From: a virus | Taxonomy: Duplodnaviria; Caudoviricetes | Length of the DNA: 32,681 bases | Direction: 5' to 3' (one strand) | IMG/VR virus record: IMGVR_UViG_3300049436_000094 | Span: 1 to 32,681 of that record | Shown here: positions 1 to 7,355 of the stretch, in pieces | How positions within the stretch are numbered: position 1 is the stretch's first letter | Layout: each line of letters starts with the position of its first letter | Program-made: the position numbers and the translations under genes | Notes under the pieces: model-generated | Seen by the model: the letters and a program-made list of their open reading frames with translations, nothing else | The model's database searches: none | Told to the model about the DNA's origin: nothing

Positions 1-146
1 GCGTTGGCGCTGGCCCAAGCGTCGAAGGTGGCATGGCCCACCGAAAACAGCCCGCCGCCTCTGGCCTGACGTACAGGCGATTGGTGCTGGTTGACGGATC
101 GTTGCAGTGACCTCAGGCGGTAACTGAGGGGCCCGCTCGCAAACTT

Positions 147-176
147 CCGCCACGATCGGAACGGTTCGCGTAGATG
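147..176 (+). promoter_or_regulatory. Predicted phage ECF-sigma promoter, copy 1 (integrase module)
   Basis: CCGCCAC (147-153), 15 nt, CGTAGATG (169-176). Same motif and spacing at 6985 and 16538. Confidence 0.7.
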
Positions 177-254
177 GTGGTTAACGCCCGCTCGCGGGCG
201 GAAACGCCCCACCATCCTGGCCTGCATCTCGCAGGCAAGCACCTGGACGCACGC

Positions 255-461
255 ATGACGATCGACCCCGACGAGGCGGTCGAGCGCGATGATCTCGCGC
301 CGACCAAGCGACTGCACATCATCGCCGAACTTCTGGCCGAGGGCGTTCGCCGCCAGCGCGCCGACGCATGCCGCATGGGCGAGAATCCGCAGCATCAAGA
401 AAGAGAGGCCGATGGACTTGAACCGTTTGAGCCGGTTCGCCTTGATCGTCCGCTTGGTTGA
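255..461 (+). CDS. Small hypothetical protein heading the recombinase module
   Basis: ATG 255 lies downstream of the promoter motif; the track start at 174 falls inside the motif. Amphipathic helix RLHIIAELLAEGVRR. Confidence 0.45.
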   Translation: MTIDPDEAVERDDLAPTKRLHIIAELLAEGVRRQRADACRMGENPQHQEREADGLEPFEPVRLDRPLG

Positions 462-485
462 CGCCTTGCGAACCGGAGAGTCCAC

Positions 486-995
486 ATGCCCGATGACACC
501 AACGCGACGGTCTTGGCTCTTGGCCGATTGACCGTGCCCGAATTGAAGCAGCGCTACGCCGAGGTCTTCGGCGAGCCCACGCGAACGAACCACAAGCAGT
601 ACCTCGTGAAACGGATCGTCTGGCGGATGCAGGCGCTCCGCGAGGGCGGCCTCTCTGAACGGGCACGCCGTCGGGCGGTCCAACTGGCCGACGACGCCGA
701 AATCCGGCTGAGCGCCCCGAAAGCGCCGCTCAAGGGACCGGGCACGGTGATCACGGCGGCGTTCGATGGCGGACGCCCTGCCGCGTTCCCCAAACCGGGC
801 AGCGTCATCCGCCGCGAATACAAAGGAAAGGTGATCGTCGTGCGGGTGCTGCCCCGCGGGTTTGGGTACGAGGGCGAGGTCTACCGCTCGCTCACGGCGA
901 TCGCCCAGAAGGTGACCGGGGCGCACTGGAACGGGGTCAGCTTCTTCGGGCTGCCGTCCGCACGGGGCCGGAAGGGATCGGAGGCGAACGGATGA
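486..995 (+). CDS. DUF2924-family protein (serine-recombinase associated)
   Basis: GGAG RBS. ELKQRYAEVFGEP...YLVKRIVWRMQ...GGLS and PGSVIRREYKG...F.YEG..YRSLTAIA.KVTGAHWNG..FFGL fit the family pattern. ATGA overlap with the recombinase. Confidence 0.85.
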   Translation: MPDDTNATVLALGRLTVPELKQRYAEVFGEPTRTNHKQYLVKRIVWRMQALREGGLSERARRRAVQLADDAEIRLSAPKAPLKGPGTVITAAFDGGRPAAFPKPGSVIRREYKGKVIVVRVLPRGFGYEGEVYRSLTAIAQKVTGAHWNGVSFFGLPSARGRKGSEANG

Positions 996-2557
996 GCAAG
1001 CGACCGGAGCCGAAGCCAACGACGCGGGTGCGGTGCGCCATCTACACCCGCAAGAGCACGCAGGACGGCCTTGAGCAGGAGTTCAACTCGCTCGACGCCC
1101 AACGGGAGAGCGCTGAGGCGTACATCGCCAGCCAGAAGGCGGAGGGGTGGCAGTGTCTCCCGGATCGGTATGACGACGGCGGATTCACGGGCGGAAACAT
1201 GGACCGCCCCGCCGTTGCACGGTTGATGGCGGACATCGAAGCAGGCAAGGTGGACTGCGTGGTGGTCTACAAGGTGGACCGGCTCAGCCGCTCGCTAATC
1301 GACTTCGCCCGGATGATGGAGTTGTTCGAGCGGAAGAAGATTTCGTTCGTCTCTGTCACGCAGCAGTTCAACACCACGCAGTCGATGGGGCGGCTCACGC
1401 TCAACATCCTGCTCTCGTTCGCGCAGTTCGAGCGGGAAATCATCTCCGAGCGCACGCGGGACAAGATCGCGGCGGCGCGGCGGAAGGGCAAATGGTCGGG
1501 AGGCCGCTCCGTTCTCGGGTACGACGTGGACCCGGTCACGAAGAAGTTGGTGGTCAACGCCGACGAAGCGGAGTTGGTCCGCGAGATCTTCCGCATGTAT
1601 CTGCAACGCCGGTCGCTCCTGGATGTGTGCCGCGAGTTGAACCGTCGCGGCCTCAAGACCAAGGCGGTCCAGACGCGGAAGGGCGCGGCGTACGGCGGGC
1701 GCGTATGGGACAAGCCCGCCGTGCTCAAGGTTCTCGCCAACATCCTCTATCGCGGGAAGGTGCGGTACAAGACCGAGACGTTTGCGGGCGAGCACGACGC
1801 CATCGTCGATGAGGCGCTCTGGACGAAGGTCCACGAGTTGCTGCGTTCCAACGGGCGCGCTGGCGGGATGCTTGTGCGGAACAAGTACGGCGCGCTGCTG
1901 AAGGGCCTCGTTCACTGCGGCCCGTGCGGCCTCACGATGGGGCACACCACGGCCAACAAGGGCAAGGACCGCGTCTACAGGTACTACGTCTGCTACAAGG
2001 CGCAGAAGCAGGGCTGGGACGCATGCCCGTGTCGGTCCCTTCCCGCCGAGCAGATCGAGGGCTTTGTGGTCGAGCAGATCAAGCGGATCGGCAAAGACCC
2101 GGCGCTGCTGTCGCTCACGCTCTCGAAGTGCCGCCAGCAGATCACGCAGCAGCGGGCCGAGGCCGAGCGCGAGTTGGGCGTGGTCGAGCGGGAACTCGGC
2201 CGCCTTCACGCCGACCTTGGCCGCACGGCCGGGGATGCTGCCACCGACGGGCACGCCGCCGCCCGTCTGGCCGACCTCCACCAAAAGGTCCAGGTGGCCG
2301 ACGACCGAGTGGCCTCGCTCCGGCGCGAGATTGCGGACGCCGACGCGGGCCAGATCACGAAGGCCGAGGTCGATGCTGCGCTCGGTGAGTTCGACGGGGT
2401 CTGGTCGCGGCTGTCTCCGAAGGAGCAGGCCAAGCTCATGCGGATGCTGGTCCAGCGGGTGGACTACGACGCGACGAAGGGGTCGGTGTCGATCACGTTC
2501 CATCCGCTGGGCCTCCGGTCGATCGGCCAACACGAAAATCAGGAGGTGTCGGCATGA
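992..2557 (+). CDS. Large serine recombinase (integrase): resolvase, recombinase, zinc ribbon and coiled-coil domains
   Basis: Catalytic CAIYTRKST; VVVYKVDRLSRS; FAQFEREIISERTRD; Zn ligands CGPCG...YYVC...CPC; long C-terminal coiled coil. Confidence 0.96.
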   Translation: MSKRPEPKPTTRVRCAIYTRKSTQDGLEQEFNSLDAQRESAEAYIASQKAEGWQCLPDRYDDGGFTGGNMDRPAVARLMADIEAGKVDCVVVYKVDRLSRSLIDFARMMELFERKKISFVSVTQQFNTTQSMGRLTLNILLSFAQFEREIISERTRDKIAAARRKGKWSGGRSVLGYDVDPVTKKLVVNADEAELVREIFRMYLQRRSLLDVCRELNRRGLKTKAVQTRKGAAYGGRVWDKPAVLKVLANILYRGKVRYKTETFAGEHDAIVDEALWTKVHELLRSNGRAGGMLVRNKYGALLKGLVHCGPCGLTMGHTTANKGKDRVYRYYVCYKAQKQGWDACPCRSLPAEQIEGFVVEQIKRIGKDPALLSLTLSKCRQQITQQRAEAERELGVVERELGRLHADLGRTAGDAATDGHAAARLADLHQKVQVADDRVASLRREIADADAGQITKAEVDAALGEFDGVWSRLSPKEQAKLMRMLVQRVDYDATKGSVSITFHPLGLRSIGQHENQEVSA

Positions 2558-2961
2558 CCGATGGTGTGACGCTCGATTTCACGGTCCACTTCACCACGGG
2601 GCGAACCGGCCAGCGGGTTCTGAACGCGGGAGAGAAACCGCCCTTGGCTCCCGCGCTCGACGGGCGCGTGCCGCGCCTCTCCAAGCTGATGGCGTTGGCG
2701 ATTCGGTTCGACAACCTTGTCCGGCTCGGGGAGGTCGCGGACTTTGCCGACATCGCAGAACTGGGGCAGGTCACCCGCGCCAGGGTGAGCCAGATCGTGA
2801 ACCTGCTGAATCTCGCTCCGGACATTCAGGAGGAAATTCTCTTCCTGCTGCCGGTTGCGGGTGACCGAGATGCCGTGTCCGAGCGTGAGGTCAGGAGCAT
2901 CGCAGGGGAGCCGGACTGGGGTCGGCAGCGTGCCCGTTGGCGACAGGCCAAACGGGCCTGA
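2554..2961 (+). CDS. Small HTH-like protein coupled to the recombinase (candidate directionality or accessory factor)
   Basis: GGAGG RBS and ATGA overlap. ADIAELGQVTRARVSQIVNLLNLAPDIQEEIL resembles a ParB-type HTH. Function inferred from position. Confidence 0.7.
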   Translation: MTDGVTLDFTVHFTTGRTGQRVLNAGEKPPLAPALDGRVPRLSKLMALAIRFDNLVRLGEVADFADIAELGQVTRARVSQIVNLLNLAPDIQEEILFLLPVAGDRDAVSEREVRSIAGEPDWGRQRARWRQAKRA

Positions 2962-2992
2962 TTCCCCTGTACCAACGCCGTAAACTTGATCA

Positions 2993-3010
2993 TCGGAACC
3001 CTGGTTCCGA
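2993..3010. repeat. Perfect inverted repeat TCGGAACC-CT-GGTTCCGA
   Basis: 8-bp arms around a 2-bp centre in the gap between the recombinase module and the large orphan gene. Confidence 0.8.
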
Positions 3011-3029
3011 CCAGGAACCGCCGTGTCCG

Positions 3030-6000
3030 ATGAGTAAGTGGATCGTTTTTATCACCGTCGTCCATGAAGAAGTCACCTTCAGCGCCGACCTGCGCTCCCA
3101 GGGCGAACGCTCCGTGGCGACCTATCCACTGCTCGCCGCGCCTTCTAGCGCCGTCGCCGAGCTTGTCGTCGTTCGGCTCAACCATCAGCACGGATTGCCG
3201 GAAGAGGCCGGGACGGACGACTGGCAGGAGTTCTCATTCAAGCTTGAGGCGGAACTAACGCCCCAAGAGGTGGCGATGGCTCTGGACCTGAATGATCCCG
3301 CGTACCCCAAGAACGGGCGGTACCCCTCCTGGCTTTCTGAGATGGTGACCGCCGCCAAGACCGCGATGGCCGACGTGGTCAAACATCGCGCCGCTTCACC
3401 GAAGCCTGATGAACCCGCGTACCTGTTCGTTGGATCGGGTGCGACGGCGACGCCATCGACTGTTTTCCATCGCGCAGGCACCGCCGGTGCTGCCACAACC
3501 CTTCGCGGATTGTTCGCCAAGGAGTACTCGGCAAACGGTTCGCCTGTGTTCAACTTCCAGGCTGCGGGCGCTCTGCCACCGGACGAACGCCTGTTGCTAG
3601 ACGAGGCGATCGATGAGTTGGCGATGTACGACGACCCGGACCCTGGGGTCTATGACCCGCCAGCGTCGAAGGCCGTGCTTGAGCGGGCGCAGTATGCACG
3701 ACGGGCGGATCGGTGGGAGGCAATGCTGGTCAGCAAGGCCGCTGCCGCCAGGGGCGTTGCGTCGGCGACCGACCGCGTGAACGATCTTCTCGGCGCTGTT
3801 GAGCGTCACCGTCTGATGTTCCTGTTCTGGGCGGCGGCTTGTCGGCGCAACCCGCTCGCGGTGAGGAGCCGTACCGGCATCAATGAACGCGTGCTGCGCG
3901 ACGATGTTCCTGGTTGGAAAGAGATGGTCGAGGCGATAGACGCCGAAGGCGCGTTTCTCTGGACACACCGAAACGTGCTCGACCGCTACGCCCAGGAAGC
4001 CATTGGCATGTTCGGCCCGGGCGAGGGATCGCGGCCCGGTGAGCCCGACGAAAGCGGCCGCAATGTTCCTGTGGATGGCGGCACGTACCCGTACTGGTCG
4101 ATCGACGAGGGCAGCACGAGCTATCTCGAACAGTCGAGCGACGCGATTCTTGAAGCATGCCGCTCATTGGCTGAAGCCGGGCAGCACGAGGCTGTCTTCG
4201 CGTTGGTGAAAGACGCAAGCGCCGCGGCGCGGCCTGAACATCACGACCGTTGGTACGCCAACGTTGTAGTGAAGTGGTCCTACCTCTCGGCGCTCGATTC
4301 ACTCATCTCTCGCATCAAGGCGGTCCGTGTTGAGTTGGCGCTGCCGCCCCGCACCGAGAAGGCAGGGCCGTCCAATCCGGAGGTCGTCACGCCCGATCCC
4401 CAAAGCGTGGCCGACGTGGTAGTGCTGTTCATGGTCACCCGCGATCTCGTTCGGATCGGCCGCGACTACCCGGACGCGATGCCTGAGGCCGACCACAAGG
4501 CCTGGGTTGACGAGGTCACCGCCCACGCCAACCTGATCTTGAAGCGGCCCGGCTTCGAGAGCATCAAGAAGCTGATGAAGGAGCCAACGCTCCTGGAAAT
4601 GGATGTCCCGGAGCGATTCGGCATGCTGATGTCTGCCGCGATGATGGCGCACCCAGCGATCGCAGCGCCTGCGGGAACGCCTGCCGAGATTCAGGCGGCG
4701 GTTGAGAAGGCGATGAGCGCCTGCCAGGAAACGGCGTCCCCGCACATCAAGGAACAGATGTCTCGGCTGGCACATCTCATGGTGGTGTCGTGCCGTTGTC
4801 CTACCGGCCCGGAAGTGAAGGACTTTGCCGCGCCCTCGCGGTTTCTTCAAATGCTCCATCGCTACTGGATGCTCGCCAGCGCGATGGTGCAAACACAGGC
4901 CACGATCCACGTCGGCTTCAACCCGCATCCGCTGTTGCATTTGATCGAGAACGTGCGTGATCGTCTCAGCACCTGCTTCTCGCATGTTCAGCACCTCGAC
5001 GGCGCAGGTGAGGCGCAGAAGACATGCGACCAACTCGTTGGCATGCTCACGGAGGGCGACATCGACGACCTGTCGGCGGTGCCGGAGTGGACCAACGGCG
5101 AGCTTCAGAAGGTCGAGCGGTTCATCGCAAGGGCCAGGCTGAAGGTCGGTCCTCGCGTATTCAAGTTAACAGCCGCGGAAGAGTTCTTCATCAAACAGTC
5201 CGAGCAGCTCATTGCGGAGCACGAGAGACGCTGCCGAGCGGCATGGAAGCAGATGCTGGCCCGTGCAGACGCACAAGCGGCAGCCCGCAGGCCCGCCGAC
5301 GGATCGCCGACAATGCCGTCTGGCTCTGGGACTGCGCCCCCGCCGACGGGCACGCCGGAGCAGCGAGTTGAGCGGATCGGTCCGCTCTTGTCCTCCCTCG
5401 TTGCTGTAGACAACGGCATCATGTCGCTGGGCGCGAGATTGCGCTCGCTGACCACGCGAGGCAATGCTGCGAACACTCACGCCCTTACCGTGATGGTGCA
5501 AGAGCAGCTTCACAAGTGGATTGACCCAATCGTTCAGCATCTGAAGGACGCCGAGTCCGCCAGCGACGGCGTCGGGCCGCATCTCGTGGGTCTCATCGCC
5601 GAGCCTGTCACCTGGGAGGTTGACACGCGGCTCGCGATCCGCACTCTCAAAGATCAACTTGTCGGACTCATCTACTCGAACGGTGGTGAGACCGAGGAGT
5701 CATTCGTCGTGGGTGCCGCGAGCACCCTGTGTGACAGAGGACAGCGACTTCAGGCGGCATTCGAGGCGCTCAAGGCGCAGTCGGTCTTTCAACAGTCGCA
5801 TGCGAGTACCAACGGGACACAAGGTGCTCCGAAGGGGCCACTGCCTCCACTGGTCGTGCTCGGACGACCAGGAGATCCCTGCATCGTGAAGGGCAAGCAG
5901 AAGAAGGCCCTTACCGATGGCCAGCACGCCGTGGTGTCTGCTTTGCTCGCTGCGGGCGACGAGGGTCTCACGAAGGACGCCATTGAGGCCGTGCGATCAA

Positions 6001-6101
6001 GTGCGCGACGCATGCTGGAGGATCTCCGCAAGGACGCGGATTGGGCTGCGGTCATCATTATGCCGGGCCAGACCAACGGTCGCTACCGCGTCCGGTGCTG
6101 A
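3030..6101 (+). CDS. Large hypothetical protein (about 1023 aa) with a probable C-terminal winged-helix DNA-binding domain
   Basis: Uninterrupted 3 kb ORF; ATG 3030 avoids overlap with the upstream gene (true start uncertain). C-terminus LTDGQHAVVSALLAAGDEGLTKDAI...ARRMLEDLRK...IIMPGQTNGRYRV has an OmpR-like wHTH layout. Confidence 0.7.
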   Translation: MSKWIVFITVVHEEVTFSADLRSQGERSVATYPLLAAPSSAVAELVVVRLNHQHGLPEEAGTDDWQEFSFKLEAELTPQEVAMALDLNDPAYPKNGRYPSWLSEMVTAAKTAMADVVKHRAASPKPDEPAYLFVGSGATATPSTVFHRAGTAGAATTLRGLFAKEYSANGSPVFNFQAAGALPPDERLLLDEAIDELAMYDDPDPGVYDPPASKAVLERAQYARRADRWEAMLVSKAAAARGVASATDRVNDLLGAVERHRLMFLFWAAACRRNPLAVRSRTGINERVLRDDVPGWKEMVEAIDAEGAFLWTHRNVLDRYAQEAIGMFGPGEGSRPGEPDESGRNVPVDGGTYPYWSIDEGSTSYLEQSSDAILEACRSLAEAGQHEAVFALVKDASAAARPEHHDRWYANVVVKWSYLSALDSLISRIKAVRVELALPPRTEKAGPSNPEVVTPDPQSVADVVVLFMVTRDLVRIGRDYPDAMPEADHKAWVDEVTAHANLILKRPGFESIKKLMKEPTLLEMDVPERFGMLMSAAMMAHPAIAAPAGTPAEIQAAVEKAMSACQETASPHIKEQMSRLAHLMVVSCRCPTGPEVKDFAAPSRFLQMLHRYWMLASAMVQTQATIHVGFNPHPLLHLIENVRDRLSTCFSHVQHLDGAGEAQKTCDQLVGMLTEGDIDDLSAVPEWTNGELQKVERFIARARLKVGPRVFKLTAAEEFFIKQSEQLIAEHERRCRAAWKQMLARADAQAAARRPADGSPTMPSGSGTAPPPTGTPEQRVERIGPLLSSLVAVDNGIMSLGARLRSLTTRGNAANTHALTVMVQEQLHKWIDPIVQHLKDAESASDGVGPHLVGLIAEPVTWEVDTRLAIRTLKDQLVGLIYSNGGETEESFVVGAASTLCDRGQRLQAAFEALKAQSVFQQSHASTNGTQGAPKGPLPPLVVLGRPGDPCIVKGKQKKALTDGQHAVVSALLAAGDEGLTKDAIEAVRSSARRMLEDLRKDADWAAVIIMPGQTNGRYRVRC

Positions 6102-6102
6102 G

Positions 6103-6160
6103 TTGACAGCGGCCCTGTCATATCCACCTTTGATCACCTCGACGTGCACGAACGTGCACC
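6103..6160. promoter_or_regulatory. Candidate operator region: TGACAG-N5-CTGTCA dyad plus tandem ACGTGCAC repeats
   Basis: Dyad at 6104-6120 overlaps TTGACA (6103-6108). ACGTGCAC at 6142-6149 and 6152-6159 (10-bp period). CAC cores at 6125, 6135, 6147 and 6157. Confidence 0.45.
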
Positions 6161-6456
6161 ACCCACGCGCGGAAACTCTGGTCCTCATCGTGATGGTGCG
6201 ATGACGAACCAAAAAGGCCGACGCCGTGATACCACGCCCCCGACCACCCGATCTGTTGCTCGCCGCTGACCGGAACGCGGAGCGCGGTCCGTAGCGGCCC
6301 GACACCTTGCACACCGACCTCTGCCGCGCCGAGACCGAGCATGATCGGTCGTCAGCAGCCGCGGCTCCAGTTTCGTAATCGCCCGTCAACCCCGACCGCT
6401 CTCAACGTGGCCCCGCGCCCCGGCGCTGTGGCTGCGCCCATGAAGGACTCGCCAGC

Positions 6457-6978
6457 ATGCAAATCGACCCCAAAGACCTCCAGTTCGCCAACATGGTTGT
6501 CGCTTCGGAAGTGAAAGACCTCAGCCGTCGCGGTGTCATCCGTCGGGACGAAATCGAGAATTTCGCCAGTGAGCTCATGGCGAGGCTCTTGGCCGTCTGG
6601 GATACCTACGACCCGGTGCGAGCACCGCGCGAAGCGTTCATCAACATCGTCGTGAGCAGTCAGAGCGCCTCACTGCTCAGAGAGAAGCACGCCCAGAAGC
6701 GCCGGGGCACGACACAGTCGCTCGACGGTGTCGCCGATCTCCTCGTGGACAGGACAACCTCGGAAGGCAGACAGCAGCACATAATCAACCTACGGATCGA
6801 CCTCGCAGGCGTCATACCTCTGCTGACGCCTCTCCAACGCCAACTTGTGGACCTCCTCCAGCGTGATGCCCTTGCCCCGATCGCGGAGCAGATGGGCATT
6901 CCTCGGCGCACGTTGCGGGATCAGTGCGCCCGCATCCGGGAGGTCTTCCGCGACGCCGGTCTTGAGGAGTACCTGTGA
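6457..6978 (+). CDS. ECF-type (sigma-70 group 4-like) RNA polymerase sigma factor
   Basis: AAGGA RBS; 173 aa. Region-2-like EIENFASELMARLLAVWDTYDP...AFINIVV; region-4 HTH LTPLQRQLVDLL...IAEQMGIPRRTLRDQCARIREVF. Confidence 0.8.
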   Translation: MQIDPKDLQFANMVVASEVKDLSRRGVIRRDEIENFASELMARLLAVWDTYDPVRAPREAFINIVVSSQSASLLREKHAQKRRGTTQSLDGVADLLVDRTTSEGRQQHIINLRIDLAGVIPLLTPLQRQLVDLLQRDALAPIAEQMGIPRRTLRDQCARIREVFRDAGLEEYL

Positions 6979-6984
6979 ACACGC

Positions 6985-7014
6985 CCGCCACTCGCTTCCC
7001 CGTTCGCGTAGATG
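6985..7014 (+). promoter_or_regulatory. Predicted phage ECF-sigma promoter, copy 2 (replication module)
   Basis: CCGCCAC (6985-6991), 15 nt, CGTAGATG (7007-7014), followed by AGGAGG and ATG 7032. Confidence 0.7.
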
Positions 7015-7031
7015 TGCTCAGGAGGCTCAAT

Positions 7032-7355
7032 ATGACCACCAAGGACGAACGCTCCGGTCGTTCGGTGTATCGCATCCAGTTCACCGCTCCTACCGACATG
7101 GGCGCGGTCGAAGACACACTGCTCCTGGCGATTCTCGCTGTCGGCTGCCTTCACGGCGAGGCGGCGGTGCGCCTTGAAGCGGGATACGCCATCAACGCCG
7201 ACGAGCGTCTGGTGGTGCTCGACGCCGGTGCTCCGCTCGCGCTGGCCGTGGCGCGAGTGTTTGTGGGCATGTGCTCGCACGATCTCGGGGAGGACGCATT
7301 CCGCGTGCTCCGGAGCGAGGGCACAGTCCCGAGGGAGGTTGCTGCTGCACCGTGA
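7032..7355 (+). CDS. Hypothetical protein upstream of the primase
   Basis: AGGAGG at 7020-7025 supports ATG 7032 over the track start at 6975. GTGA overlap with the primase. Confidence 0.75.
   Translation: MTTKDERSGRSVYRIQFTAPTDMGAVEDTLLLAILAVGCLHGEAAVRLEAGYAINADERLVVLDAGAPLALAVARVFVGMCSHDLGEDAFRVLRSEGTVPREVAAAP

Noticed and set aside
1-69. Possible 3' end of an upstream gene (ALALAQASKVAWPTENSPPPLA-stop)
   Set aside because: Only 22 codons with no motif; cannot be supported.
131-200. GCCCGCTCGC repeated at 131-140 and 186-195 as a possible att site
   Set aside because: Short and GC-rich, with no partner found at the right end of the element. It flanks promoter copy 1 and may be regulatory, but support is weak.
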